Positions 26,942-40,441 of a stretch of 64,000 nucleotides of DNA are shown one piece after another. The number at the start of each line of letters is the position of its first letter. Position 1 is the stretch's first letter. The stretch is from Octopus sinensis. Taxonomy: Eukaryota. A model generated the notes under the pieces. That model was given only the letters and a program-made list of their open reading frames with translations. It had not been told where the DNA came from and searched no databases. The position numbers and the translations under genes were made by a program. The stretch spans positions 99,076,001-99,140,000 of the forward strand of contig NC_043006.1 of NCBI RefSeq assembly GCF_006345805.1. The letters run 5' to 3'.

Positions 26942-28877
26942 CTAGCAAACGCACCTGTCCTTTCGACGGTTTAAGTTGCTTTGGCGGTATTTGTTTCACT
27001 TTGTTCCAGATTCCGCCTAAGCTTAGCGAGCCCTTTGATCAGTGGTCCCTCCCATGAAGTAAATTTTAAGGAAGCGGTGTTCAGCGTTGTTGTCAGGTAA
27101 AATAGAGCCTATCTGATGATAGTTTTGACCTTGAACTTTGAACATTCGCATATAGGAGTCTTGATGAATGAATTCGTGACCGAAACTTATCGTCTGGAAG
27201 GCAGAGTTTTTTGAGCGCGAATTTTCTGTATAAATTGCTGCGAATCAGAGTGTTGACCAAGGAGTAAAGAGAGCAAAGCCTGAGCAGTATTTTACAGGTC
27301 AGGCAAGCGAACATTTCCGTTTGAGCAGCATAGACCGCTCGATTCTCTAATCTACTTGAGGGTCTTGCAAAATGGACGTTATAGACATATCCCTGGTAAT
27401 ATCTCTGAATGAGTAGCATAATCCTCAGCATAGTTGAGCATTGTTGATGTCCATCGACTACTTCCGATAGCCATGGGCAAGAGCTTCCCGCTGAACATTA
27501 AATTGAGGTTTCATCATCCGGTAGCTATCTTCACCTCCCAACCTTGCGGCAGAAGTGGATACATCGTTGCGTGCCCGACGGATGGCACTATATTCTTTCG
27601 CTTCTTCGGCCCTCGTAGCAGAAGTGGATGCCGGACGGAAAGCACATTTTGTGGGATTTCTGCGGCCCTTGCGTCAGCAGTACGCGCTTGAAAAGTTTCA
27701 CGCTGCTCTGGAGTACTTGCAGCTCTAGTAGCGACAGCTTTTTTCAACAGTCTAGAGGACTTTCTGTCAATGTCTGCTCTCTTTTTAGGTGGCATCTTGC
27801 ATTGTCTGGTAAAGGAAAATGCGTTTTAGTGTACCAATTGACTATCGAGTCTATTATAAGCTAAAAAAAAGCCCCTTTATTCTGTTTCCCCATATAGCCT
27901 GCTCATAAAGTAATAGCAAATGCCGCATAAAGTGAAATTGTTATGGAGCTTTCTGAAAGATACGTATAGCTTACGCCAGTTGTAGCAAAACTCTTATTTA
28001 AATGTTGATTCTTTGGGAAGAATCATATGTGATTGTTTAAAAAAGGTTAGAACTTCAATGCTAAAACGTATTTGAAACAAAGGTCAACAGTCGAAGTATC
28101 ATAAGGATGGGTAACTAATCATCCTTAAAGTGAACCAACGCATTGGTAGTAAACAAAGTTATTAACAAACAAGCGAGGTAATGGAATATCACCTTCCAGG
28201 TAACTCAGAATAGGTAAAGGTAAGCTTGTCAAAGCTTAATGCTGCTTAAATATAGAGATTAAGACTGTTTGGTATTGGGTATTCATCCGTACAGTGTTTC
28301 TAGTCAATTCAATCTCAGTCAAATATATTCTCTAATGCCAAATAGGACGATATAGATTAAAGTATGGAAGACCCTACATACAAAAAAAAAACTATGTACA
28401 TACAATGAATGTGGAAAATCTTTTAAATTAATACAAACATTTATTTATATTAAAAATATAATTACCGGATACATAACACATGTTGTGCTAAAAATAACAG
28501 CTAAATAATATTCTTTGGATAAATCTTTTAAATTAACATATTTTTTTATTTACTTGAAAACAAACTGACAGCTTCCAAATCCTCTTTCCTGATTGGGTCA
28601 CCATGCATGTGGGCAGTTGAAGTAAAAACAAATTACAAAATCCTTTCACCTTTATAAAAAAAAGATTAAAAACGTATTGAAGACCCTACACACAAAAATA
28701 AAACTATGTTCATTTACGTCCATTTAGGCGGGAGTTCTGGGCAAAATGTTGTAGTGCACGAGCGTGCTCGGTACATAACTAATGTGTATGCAAAATTTGG
28801 AGTAAACCGGTTGCGAATTGTAGAAATGTATGCGTTAGTCATTATACACACTCCTACTGCGATTTATATATACTAGA
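26942..28877 (-). mobile_element. Internally deleted Helitron retaining the Rep N-terminal coding relic
   Basis: A|TC start at 28877 and hairpin plus CTAG|T end at 26942. Minus frames give MPPKKR..RAASTPEQRE, CKTLK..SGLCCSNGNVRLPDL and MFKVQGQNYHQIGSILP..RFLKIYFM, as in Helitron RepHel N-termini. Confidence 0.85.
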
Positions 28878-29847
28878 TGAAAAGATCCTGGCTTAAGAGG
28901 TTTCGCAAATGACCTGATCAGAGGCACATTTTTGCAATTTCTTTTACAGGTCTGAGAAAAACAGAAGGACCGATGCAATAAGTGTGTGATTCTCAGAGGG
29001 GAATATGTTGAATAAAATCATAGCTGATCCTCCTGTATTTTCTTTTACCCCAAACAAGGAACTTTTCAACATTACCTCTTGTGTGTGTGCATGTATATAT
29101 ATCAGATGTCTGTAATATGAACTGCGGTACGCTATCCCTCCATCATGTGAATATAAGAATTACATTAGGCTTGCTGTGTTCAGCTGTAATAATAGCTTTA
29201 AAAATCATACCTTTCCGAATATAAAACTATTAGTCAAATTACCTTGAATATTTCGACCATGTATAATCCCGCTAAACGCTAAATATATATACTGTGCTTT
29301 GTGACAGCCTGTGTCGAATAGAACTATTGAATGATATTTACATTTCATTTCAGTTCTCATTTTCGTTTTATTAAAAAAACCATAGAATTTGTTATTTCTG
29401 TCAAGAATTGATGTAACAAGGGGCTTGAGTCTAGTTTTGTATGGTTATGTTTTGTTCGCGCTCCTGTCATTATATTTAAGTTGTATTTTCATAATGTGTT
29501 TCCTACCATGTAATCCTAAACAATAATATGTAATTACAAATCTTCATATAAATAATTCTCATATGCATTTCGCAATGTCTAATTTCCGGACTGATTCTTA
29601 AAAATAGCACAAACAGTTATCGTTATCTGAAGATAAGAGTTCTTTTGGTATATTGTTTTTCTCACATCGAGTGAAACAAATAATTACAAATGGCTAGAAA
29701 TAGTTTACACAAAATATGTTAAAAAAGCATCTAAACCAAAATTAACCGAACAGTACGCTAACAGAATTTTTATTTCCTTATCATATCGTAGATAGGTGCG
29801 AGGGTTATTAACATCCATCTGTGCATAAACGTGGCTAATATAAATGC

Positions 29848-29905
<58 letters not shown>

Positions 29906-29909
<4 letters not shown>

Positions 29910-30119
29910 AATAATGAAGGGTGAAATTAATTAATTTGGAATAATTATCAATTGCACCAAGTAGTCTTCGGCATGTAAAAGCCTCATTCGAGGAAAATTT
30001 AAGTAATACTAAGCAATAAAGGTTTAGCAACGAATTGCCTTACCACAGACCGAATTTACTGCTATTTCTAAATTCGGTCTGTGGTAAGGCAATTCGTTGC
30101 TAAACCCTTTATTGCTTAG

Positions 30120-30122
<3 letters not shown>
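29906..30122 (-). repeat. Fold-back insert: about 53-bp arms, 10-nt loop, about 100-nt tail, between (TA)n arrays
   Basis: 30006-30058 is the reverse complement of 30069-30122 except for one base in a G/C homopolymer. Confidence 0.9.
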
Positions 30123-30176
<54 letters not shown>

Positions 30177-30179
<3 letters not shown>

Positions 30180-31769
30180 TTATATATATAAAACTGAGAA
30201 TGTGTGTCTGTCTGTCTGTCTGTGTGTTTCCCAAAAACTTGAGAACTACACAACCAATTTCATTCATATTTTATACATGCCTTACTTAGGGTCCGCGGTG
30301 TATCATCGGCGAAAACACTTTTGAACTTTTTGCCTAGGGTGAGCCCACAGCAATATCATATCTTCCCATTACGATTCCCTAAAACCTGAGAACTACACAA
30401 CCAATTCCATTCAAATTTTACACACGCTTTACTTAGGGTCCATGTAGTTTTATGGGCAAAAAGAATTTTGAACTTCTTTCCTAGAGTGAGCCCATAGCAA
30501 TATCATATCTTCTCCACTATTTCAGTATTATGTGTTAAAAGTGAAACAAAAACGTTTCTCTATTTTATGTCAGATGCTTTCACTTTAACAATAAAAATAA
30601 TAATAACAATTGAATTATATGTAGTAAGTAATAATTAAAATCAAACTAAAATATAATATAATCGTAACATAACAAAAGTAAAAATAGCAATTGGTATAAA
30701 ATTGCATCAAGGATTTGAACTTCAATAAGTGGTTTCACATGAATGAGAATAAATTAAAAATAAAATTATCGTGCAGAAATGGAATAGCCCAGATGGATAA
30801 TAAAAAATTAAATTAAAGAAAAGACTATTGTCTATAAAGTATACAATGTAGAGAAAAAAGAAGATCTGAACACATGGAGGAAAGCACCTTCGAAAAGTGT
30901 CTTGGTGCGACTATGAAAGTTATTTAATCAGAGGCGGTAAATTCGCCACAATAGAAGCAAGGTTCGAGTCAACGGAACGTGCAAGGGAGTACTCGACTCG
31001 AACTTGCAAAGTGGAAATATTTTATTTTTACCTTTATATCTAGGACGTAGGACGTCCCGGAAAAAAATTTGAAATCCCCCCTCCGAAATAGAGGTAGGCT
31101 GGATTGTAGCCACACTTCTATACAAGAGGGAGGACAAGATACAATTGATCGAAATTACAAGAGACGGGCTAACAATTCCAGTCTTTTATATATTTTGAGT
31201 ATTGTTATCACTAGCGATATCAAGATATAACTTTGTATTTTGTATGTTATGTGTAGATGTATATATATAGATGTATATATATAGATGTACATGTAATGGA
31301 TGGATGGAAGCACCCCGTCGGTTACGACGACTAGGGTTCAGGTTGATCCGATCAACGGAACAGCCTGCTCGTGAAATTAACGTGTAAGTGGCTGAGCACT
31401 CCACAGACACGTGTACCCTTAACGTAGTCTCGGGGATATTCAGCGTGACACAGAGAGTGACAAGGCCGGCCCTTTGAAATACAGGTACAACAGAAACAGG
31501 AAGTAAGAGTGAGAGAAAGTTGTAGTGAAAGAGTACAGCAGGGATCACCACCATCCCCTGCCGGAGCCTCGTGGAGCTTTAGGTGTTTTCGCTCAGTAAA
31601 CACTCACAACGCCTGGTCTGGGAATCGAAACCGCGATCCTACGACCGCGAGTTCGCTGCCCTAACCACTGGGCCATTGCGCCTCCTGTACATATAATATG
31701 CACACATATATATACACATATATACATGCACTAGCACTATGACCCGCAACGACGGGTCTTTAATGCTAG
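30177..31769 (+). mobile_element. Helitron-like element (family B) with internal about 148-bp tandem repeat and nested SINE
   Basis: A|TCTTTATATATATAAAAC start with (CTGT)n; hairpin GACCCG..CGGGTC at 31741-31758 then CTAG|T; repeat units at about 30233 and 30381. Linking the two ends into one element is inferred. Confidence 0.55.
31296..31684 (-). mobile_element. Full-length tRNA-derived SINE
   Basis: Head GAGGCGCAATGGCCCAGTGGTTAGGGCAGCG..GGTTTCGATTCCC (A and B boxes); tail GTCGTCGTAACCGACGGGGTGCT followed by (TCCA)n. A second copy lies at 62806-62999. Confidence 0.9.
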
Positions 31770-31820
<51 letters not shown>

Positions 31821-32099
31821 GTGTGTGTCTGTGTGTGTTTTGGATTGTAACGTGGTGTATTAATAAAACCTTTTCTTCATTACTAAATTCGACTGACTTG
31901 CTTACGTTAGTTGCAGCTTGTTACTATACTGTTAGATTTGAGAAAAATAATCACTCCTGTAAATATTTTTAAAATTATAATTTATAGCTTAATCAGAGTA
32001 GATAACTTAATTCTATAAAATGTCTTGTTATTCCCCAATATTAGCTAACTATCTGCATGAATAGTGTATTTTGTGACATCCACCCGTAACATCAGAGAC

Positions 32100-33410
32100 C
32101 TATACCTCTTGTGAACTTAAGGATAGGCATATGATTGTCAGAGAATTAACAAATTCCAGCTGGAAGTATAAATCTTCGCTAGTTAGGAAGAGTAGATAGC
32201 AACGAAGAAGTGATTTATAAATAGGGTTGGTATACTCAATATTCTCTACAACCTCCAAACTCATTAAGAGCCGCTTGCCATAAATAGGGGCGAAATACCT
32301 TGGAATAGGAAATGATATTGCCTATTCGTAGATGTATGCCTTGGTATACGGAATGCAGGTGAATACCAAAAGGTTTTACACTTTTAGATACACGTAGGCC
32401 TTGAGGGATGTCCAAGAACAAATGAATGAAATCTAGTGGAAATAAAGTGACTAAATATAGTTCTACAGGACAGAGGACAATTATTCATGTTCTTTTCTGA
32501 AAGCGTTTGTTCTTCGGATATGAATGCATCACTAAAATTTTGGAAACAGCAAATTTACGTATCACTTAAGAAATTATAACTCGTCTGCCCGGACTAAGTA
32601 ATTTCATTTTTAGCTGTTGAGATAAGGGCAAAAACAATGTAATAAGTGAGTTTCAAATATGCCGGAAAATGGTTCCATTTTCCCACAAAATAAAGTCGTG
32701 AACTTATTATCAACATCTAAATCCTATCGAATAGCTGTACAATAGCAATCATAAAAATGTTCCAAGGATTCTTCCATCTTAGTTTTATGGAAAGACCATA
32801 TAATAGACCCCGATTAATTTAATCGGTCCTTCCGTCAATAACCCTACTTCGTTGTCGGTTGGCATGGATCTTCCTCTCCAGGTGCCGAGATTCAGGTCCA
32901 ACGACTTGTCCTGAATAACATTTGCGCCTCTCATTTTGTCGTACTCTCTTAAAGTAGTGCCGAGCTTATCAAATACTTTTGTCAAGATATTGCGGTCAAT
33001 CAATAAGTAGACTTTGTTGTTTGAGTCTTTCACAAGAATAGCTGGTTTCTTCGGTCCGGTTTGTATATATTGGAATGTCCCAAAGAATTTTCTCTCCAAA
33101 CTACAGCCTCAGGGTGGTGCTTCAACCACTTTTCAGCAGATTTGATTTTATAATGCAGTCACATTATCCAATGTAGATATTGACCAACTCTGTCATGTCT
33201 TAATTTGTAAGCTACAGTGCCCAAACCTTACATACAGAGATTAGGTGGTTCATTTTTCAGCCCCATCGTTTCAGTATCGGCACTTTCGGTTTACTCCATT
33301 TTTCCTCACACTGGCTTGATAGTTCCGGGTCAATAAGCTCTGATCTTCAGCAACCAAGATAAAGTCGTCACTCTCTGCTTTTGGCCGTGAGCTTCGTAGC
33401 CAATGATGGG
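32100..33410 (-). mobile_element. L1/Tx1-like LINE RT relic
   Basis: ORF 32785-33099 (LREYDKMRGANVIQDKSLDLNLGTWRGRSMP..TEGPIKLIGVYY) resembles the Tx1-type RT C-terminal region. Outer boundaries are approximate. Confidence 0.65.
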
Positions 33411-33429
33411 CGTATTATTATTATTGTTG

Positions 33430-33502
<73 letters not shown>

Positions 33503-33875
33503 CTATTATTCCGTTATAAACTATCAAATGCTACTTTAATTTGCAGGTACGAGGTTTGTTAAACACAAGTCTCTTCAAATCTCAAATCTTTCTTGCAATG
33601 CGTGTACAACAGAGGTTGCGCATTTTTTCCTTGCAGGTCGAAAACACGAGTCTCTATCGCATCATCTTTCTGTCTTCTAGCTATCAGCTGGAAGTTGTAA
33701 CCATTTCGTTTGTACCAACTCTCTTTTCAGATAGTATGTCAAATGTTATGACATTACACTATTTACTTTTGTCCTCTCTAATGATATCCTACAAAACCCT
33801 ACAATTCTAATTTTCTACCGCTGTCTCTGGTCCATGTACCTACTATTTTCCTTTTACACAGGTGTGCTTATGTAA

Positions 33876-34193
33876 AAGCGCTTGACCTATTTGGGAGGGT
33901 ATTATACTCACGATCGTATGGTCATGATTTCGATTCCCAGTGACGCTTGTGACCTTGAGAAACATACTTTATTTCACATTGCTCTTGTTCACTCAGCTGG
34001 CAAAAAGAGTTGAACCTGTATTTCAAAAGGCTAGCCTTGTCATATTCAATGTGATGTTGAATCTCCCTGAGAACTACGTTAAGGGTATGCGTATATATGG
34101 AGTGCTCAGTGATATGCGCATTAATGTCATGAACAAATTGTTCCTATGATCGGATCAGCTGGAATCTTTGTCGTCGTAACTGACAGAGTGCCA
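33876..34193 (+). mobile_element. Diverged tRNA-SINE sharing its 3' half with 31296-31684
   Basis: Shared TGTATTTCAAA.GGC..GCCTTGTCA...GA.ACTACGTTAAGGGTA..GATCGGATCA..GTCGTCGTAAC, with a different central domain. Confidence 0.7.
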
Positions 34194-36297
34194 GTTGTGT
34201 GTTGCGTATATGCATTATGTGTTAGCTTAATGAATTAACTCAAGAGATGATAAATACTTAATCCCTTTCTCTGCAGATACTACTTCTGCTGACTGACTGA
34301 GTTCTATCGTCTCTCACTTTATCAGATTCGTCGTAATTAAGATCTTCCTCACGGCTACATCTCTCACTTGGATCATTCGTTTAATATTTCCGTCCACAAG
34401 CAGTCTTGCTCTGCTGCAAGGATTACCCATGTAATTGTATTTCTGTCCAAAAGCATTATAGATGATAACCATATTGTTATTTGGGTCGAACAATTCAGGG
34501 CACAGTACGATATGACTTAACATAAACAAGAGACGTTTGTTCTGATTTTGCTCTTTCCAATGTTGTTATAAACTGGGTAAATGTTTGTCGACTAACACTG
34601 ATGGAAACATGTTTTATTGTACAATCTCTTCCGCGTATTATAATATGACGGGCAAATGTTCACACTTGTTCTGTTTTGTTTACTCAGTGGTCAAGTCTTC
34701 ACATTTTCTCACTAAAATTGATTCATTTGTATTTTTCTATAGGAATGGTCTCGAAATTGACATTTATTTTGTTTAACTAAAAGTTGCTGGTAATATTAGG
34801 ATATATTTACAAGAGAATTCACGCATGCGATAGTTCCTGCATGCCTCATCACATATTTCTCTTAGTACAATATATCAAAATATTATAAAATATGTTATAA
34901 ATCGATTGCTTCATATCACAAATTTCTTCGTATCAGAAACCGTGGTAGGGCAAGTTATGATAATATAAAAAATCCTATTAAGAAACATATCTTGTTACCA
35001 CATTTACTATATCGTTAAACGTTTCATTTTTACCAATATGCCAGGCATTGAACTGCTGCGAATAATATGCAAGATTGTTATATATAATTTTTTTAGGTGA
35101 ACCGGTGACATGAATGTGATCTAGTGCAGTAGATATTTGAATAAATTTAATGCTAGCACTCTTCTGCCAGTACAGTCACCATAAGTGAGGTTCTGATACA
35201 TGCGATATTTAAAATAACGAACGCAACCGCTTTTGGTTTAGTTATTGTAATTGAGTTCGTGCTGACATTTACAAAACACAATTTACCCGACTCTCCAGTC
35301 TTCTCAGTTAGATATAATATAATCAAACTCCCCCACCGTGTTCCCTTTGTGTTGTAAAACGTTGATTTATGGCATGCTGAATACTGATTGCTATTTCGTG
35401 AAGGTCAGTCGATGATAAAGAGGATTCTTCGATAATTCAGTGGCAAAATAGTCGATGATACTAAAGAGCTGAGTGATGACAATGGATGGTGAAAGGTTAG
35501 ATGATGGTAAAGGGTATGGCAGGTTGATAATGTGGAAAATATTGATTAGTATCATGGAGGTAAAATTTATGAGGCTAATTATTTTTATCACTAAGTGTAT
35601 GGCGTTGTTGATGAGAAGCATAAGTAAGGAAAGTGGGGAAAGAGGATTAAAGGTTGATGATGAATATGATCTTAACTTCGATGCTGATTAGGCTGACGAT
35701 GAGTGGGTTGCTACTGATAATGATGCAAGAATTGTAGTATGATAAGATTAAATATGGAGATGTTAAGTCCTACTGAAATATTAATGTAAATTGGAAGTAA
35801 ATTGAAGAATTACCAAGAACAACAAATTTAAAGAGAATGAAATTTCAAGAAACCTGAGGCTACCAAAATAATCAACCTTCAAATAATGATTAGTAGTGAA
35901 AGTCGTTCACATGGAAAGATAATCTTATTTGCGCCGAAAGAAATTATATCTTCCTTTTATCAGTCACAAACGCTCTCTTCCATCCCATTCCATCACTTTA
36001 TACCCATAGAACAATAGATTAACCATGCTATCTTTCTAAATTATATGTGTAGTTCAACGTTCGTACATAATTTCAAGTTACAACTCCCTTTCTTTGACAA
36101 TGATGTCTTTAAAGTTGAAACATGTAGGTTATAATGATTATAAGCTAACTTAACATCCGATTATAACAGAATATGCAGACAATTTCTGTTCTATACCACC
36201 AGCGAGATAGCCTATACGTGGTCGGTCTGATTGCTAACATAACAGTAAGATCTCGACCAAGTTGCATCCAATCGCGTTTCGTAAAAAGAACGGCATA

Positions 36298-36594
36298 TCT
36301 TTATATATAAAAGTGAAGTTGTATGTCTGTCTCCTATGATTTAGATTCCTAACTACTCCCACATTTTGCGATGCAGTGTAACCAAAACCGGGTATCTTAT
36401 AGTCGGGATTCATATCGAGGCCTTCTGGATATTAGCGCGCGTCTACGATGAGTCTACGGTTTTAAAAATAATTTACCATCCTTTTTTTCCCATTGTCTAT
36501 GCATTTTTTTGCTATTGTTTGGCTATAACTCTCTAAAAATGCTTATATAATTATTTCCCTTACAAACCCGAGCAACGCCGGGCGATACTGCTAG
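36298..36594 (+). mobile_element. Non-autonomous Helitron, family A (short variant)
   Basis: A|TC start, CCCGAGCAACGCCGGG hairpin, CTAG|T end. Confidence 0.85.
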
Positions 36595-37919
36595 TTACAT
36601 ATAAAGGTTCTAGTTACACTTCATACGGATTACAAAACATCTTGCTGGTTGTCTAGATGATGTTATCTAGAAGACTTCTACTCAAAGTGGAGGTCCGCGG
36701 AAACATTATAAAATGCTTATAAAATGCTTATAAAATGCTTATCAAATTCCTATGTAATATTAAATTATTTGTTTACAAAAGAAATAAAACATCAAAAAAA
36801 ATGTCAATTCTTATTATATTCATTATATATATTGTTTCCGGTATAAATTAATATTACTAAGAAATATTACCGGTCCCTGGCACATTGAAATAATAACTGC
36901 CGGTACGTCACATCAAATAGTTGAAGAAGCATTGATCTAGAACATATGAGCACGACAATACATGACAGGAGGCTAACCAACAACAGTGATAGCAACGTGT
37001 ATAATGTTTCCATGGTTGAATAAAACATTTGACAAGTTTTTGAAGAAATATTTTATGTGTTAAACTGACGACAACAAAACGTCCCAGTATCTTCGTTTAT
37101 ATCAATTGATTATACAATATTTAGAATTTAGTATGCTTCTACAAACGTCTATGTACAAATCCTTAAGACAGCCTTTGCAAATTCATCCTCCAAAAACAGA
37201 TAAAATATTTACTGTAAAATAAATATTAGATGCCAATTAAATGTTACAATACAATTCAGATGTATTGTACCAATGTATCATATCAATATTATAAGCACTC
37301 ACATCATTTGTACTGGCACATAAAAAAAATCTTACTTGCATCGTTGTTTAACGTAGGTTACTTTTTCAACATTCTCACTTCCTAGATAGATAAGATTTCA
37401 TTTTTTCTAAATAGTTTTAGCTTTAAGTGTATTTGTCAGAAAATCATCCTTAAGGAAAGTACTTAAAATTATAAAACACCTCAGAAAACTTCCAATTAAC
37501 TTTGAAATCCATTTAAGTCCTTTAGCAAATCTACTTAAAAATCAATAGTTTGATACTAGACTTCGAAAGACTCCGGCTTCTTTCACTTCTTGTTAATTTA
37601 TTGCCAAAACCTAGGCAAAGCACAGACATAATAAAATAACATATAGGAGACTACAAACTACTCGCTGGAACTGAGGAGATGCCTTTTCATCCTTTCTACA
37701 CGTTAGAATTGTCGGTCTTGATCGAAATCAAAATAAATATTATTATTGGATTTTTGGTGGTTCATTGATATATCCAGGGCTTTGTTATTCTTCTCTCAGA
37801 TTTCATAAGCGTTTCCTGCTGAATTTTCGTTTTCTTTTGAGTTTACTTATCGTTTTTGTTGGGTTTTTTTTTGCGGTGGGGGTGCAGTAGAGTACTGATG
37901 TAAAATAAGCGTTTGGGAT

Positions 37920-38400
37920 AGCTTGAATATTCCACCATTATTGGTTTTCTGCTATGTGTTGTCCCATATTATGTTGAAGAGCAGCAAGCATCGCTTCCGT
38001 GGAAAAAGGACAGGGAATGAGTTTTGGTTTAGAACTGTACTGGAGATACTCTTTGAAATCAAACCGGAGGATATAGAAAATATCCAAAACCTTTACGACC
38101 GGCTCAATGCAAAAAAAGCTTCGTGTCACTGTAGAGGACTGGAGGCAAACATGCAATTTATGTGAAGCAGAAAACCACTGTATAGCCTCTACACTAGCAA
38201 CGTCGGCAGTATCAGCGGCAGCAGAGACGTGAGCAAGAAGCACAGAAGCAGCACAAAAAAAGTAGCAAGATAAGCAGCAGCAACGCAGACACTGCAGCTC
38301 CAGCGGTGATAGAGACGACTGAGATTCTGACACAAGTAGCAACGTCCAGTTCAACAAGTGTAACAATTTCATTAACGAGATATCCAAGACCTACCGCCCA
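37920..38400 (+). pseudogene. Possible LINE ORF1 (zinc-knuckle) relic
   Basis: One frame reads KLRVTVEDWRQTCNLCEAENH (Cx2Cx4H, last C missing), reminiscent of Tx1-type ORF1. Stops and frameshifts are present. Confidence 0.35.
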
Positions 38401-39308
38401 ATGAAATATCCGGTATAGCTCCCAGTATCTTATTCTCTCTCTCTCCCTCTCCACTCTCACTCTCTCCCTCTCCACTCTCACTCTCTCCCTCTCCACTCTC
38501 TCTTTCCCTCTCTACTCTCTCTCTCCCTCTCCACTCTCTCTCTCCCTCTCCTCTCTCTCTCTCTCTCTCTCTCTCGCACACTATTCCTCCCTCATCCCTC
38601 GTCACTTCCAGGCACAGTTACACACAGGGACACAGGCGAAAACCAGCCTCCAACTTCATCCGCAATCTACATTTCCGGTGTGGAAACTTTATACTGTAAA
38701 TGGGAGAAGATGGCGTCAAGAAAATTTATAAAAATAACAATTTTTTCTAATCAACAAAATCCGGAACGAATCACACAAGTAGAACTGCATCTCTAAAACG
38801 ACATCGTCGCAAAAGGCATTCAAATGAAAGAGAACTTCCCCGCCTTCACCACTACCACCACCAAGATCAACACACAGCACCACAAAAACAAAAATCAATG
38901 AGAGCGGGGAGTAGCATCCGTAAACAGGCAGAGGCAGAGCAACTGGATGAGACTGGAAGAACTGTGAAGCGAAGATTCCCTCACTTGAAAAGGAATATTA
39001 ACTCTGCTTTTCTCAACTACACATATTCAAATGGATGAGAGTCGATAAAATGACAAGATTACTTGCTGCCTCCCAAATTAGATACGCGTAAATCAGATAA
39101 CTACAGATTGATATTGGCTCTGTTGGGTTCCATGATAAGACCGAAGTAGAAGTGACCCTGTAAAAAGTAGGTGGCACAACCGTCAGCATTGTCGTTCTCG
39201 TCGTTATCTTCATTCTTGTCGTCATAATCATCGTCATCGTCGACGTCATCCCCATCCTCCTCCTCTTCATCCACATCATGATTGTCGATCGTCATCCTTG
39301 AAACTTTA

Positions 39309-39613
39309 TCTTTATATATAAAATTCGAGTTGTGTATGTGAGACTCTGTCTCCTCCGATTTAGATTCCTAACTACTCCCAGATTTTGCGGTGCAGTGTAA
39401 CCAAAAGCGGATATCTTATATTCGTCATTCATATCGTGCCCTTCTGGGTATTAGCGCGCGTCTACGATGAGTCTACGATTTTAAAATAAAATAACCAGCA
39501 TTTTTCTGCATTTTTAATGATTTTTGCTTGGGTTATATAAGGGAAGTAACTCTCTAAAAGTGCTTATATAGTTATTTCCCTTACAAACCCGAGAAACGCC
39601 GGGCGACTGCTAG
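39309..39613 (+). mobile_element. Non-autonomous Helitron, family A (short variant)
   Basis: A|TC start, hairpin, CTAG|T end; homologous to the three other copies. Confidence 0.85.
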
Positions 39614-39791
39614 TTACATATATACTGATAGCTCATATCATTTCGAATGTTGTAAAACGACGCAAGTGACACGTGCTACACATCCATCGTTCAGATGACA
39701 ATGAAGATATATTATCATGATAATCATGATCATCATCATTATTTACATTATTTAAAATTGACGGATATTTGTCCTCATCTTGATTGTTATT

Positions 39792-39837
39792 AACACAACG
39801 TTTCGGGTGATATACCCTCCACTCTTCATCAGGTGTC
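39792..39837 (-). ncRNA. Minimal type I hammerhead ribozyme (left arm)
   Basis: GACAC CTGATGA A GAGTG..CACCC GAAA C GTT GTGTT: stem I GACAC/GTGTT, core intact, loopless palindromic helix III ACGT, triplet GUU, one mismatch in stem II. Confidence 0.65.
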
Positions 39838-39917
39838 TTGCGGAAATTTCGAACTTCGGTTCTCATTCCTAAGGTATTTTTCGAAGTTGTTGATGATGTT
39901 GTTGTTGTTGTTGTTGG

Positions 39918-40054
<137 letters not shown>

Positions 40055-40123
40055 CGATCTCTGCCTGGAAGGAATCTTGAGCTTAGTAGCCCGCGCTCTT
40101 ATCCACTATGCCATATGCCCACA

Positions 40124-40200
40124 GGCATATGGCGAAGTGGTTAAGAGCGCGGGCTACTAAGTCCAAGATTCCGAGTTCAATTCCAGGCAGTGATCGGAAT
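40124..40200 (+). promoter_or_regulatory. tRNA-derived Pol III head (A box TGGCGAAGTGG 40130-40140; B box GAGTTCAATTCC 40173-40184)
   Basis: Box consensus matches with tRNA-like spacing; anticodon-loop-like CTACTAA; no intact acceptor stem. Confidence 0.75.
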
Positions 40201-40202
40201 AA

Positions 40203-40275
<73 letters not shown>

Positions 40276-40398
40276 TATAATAATAATAATAATAATAGTA
40301 ACATCAGCAACAACAACATAGAGAATTACGTTAGAAATGAGGAACCAGGTTGAGGGCATTATAAAATGGAATCTGCTGACAACACATATATTCCCCAA

Positions 40399-40441
40399 GA
40401 CACCTGATGAAGGCTGGAGGGTTTATCAGCCGAAACGCGTT
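40399..40441 (+). ncRNA. Hammerhead ribozyme motif (right arm, cleavage-site region damaged)
   Basis: CTGATGA (40404-40410), A, perfect stem II GGCTG/CAGCC, GAAAC. There is an apparent 3-nt deletion at the triplet relative to the left arm. Confidence 0.6.

Noticed and set aside
34314-34529. Protein-like ORF (CSRARLLVDGN) resembling SF1 helicase motif VI
   Set aside because: The match is only a few residues, the frame is closed by stops on both sides, and no other helicase motifs are visible.
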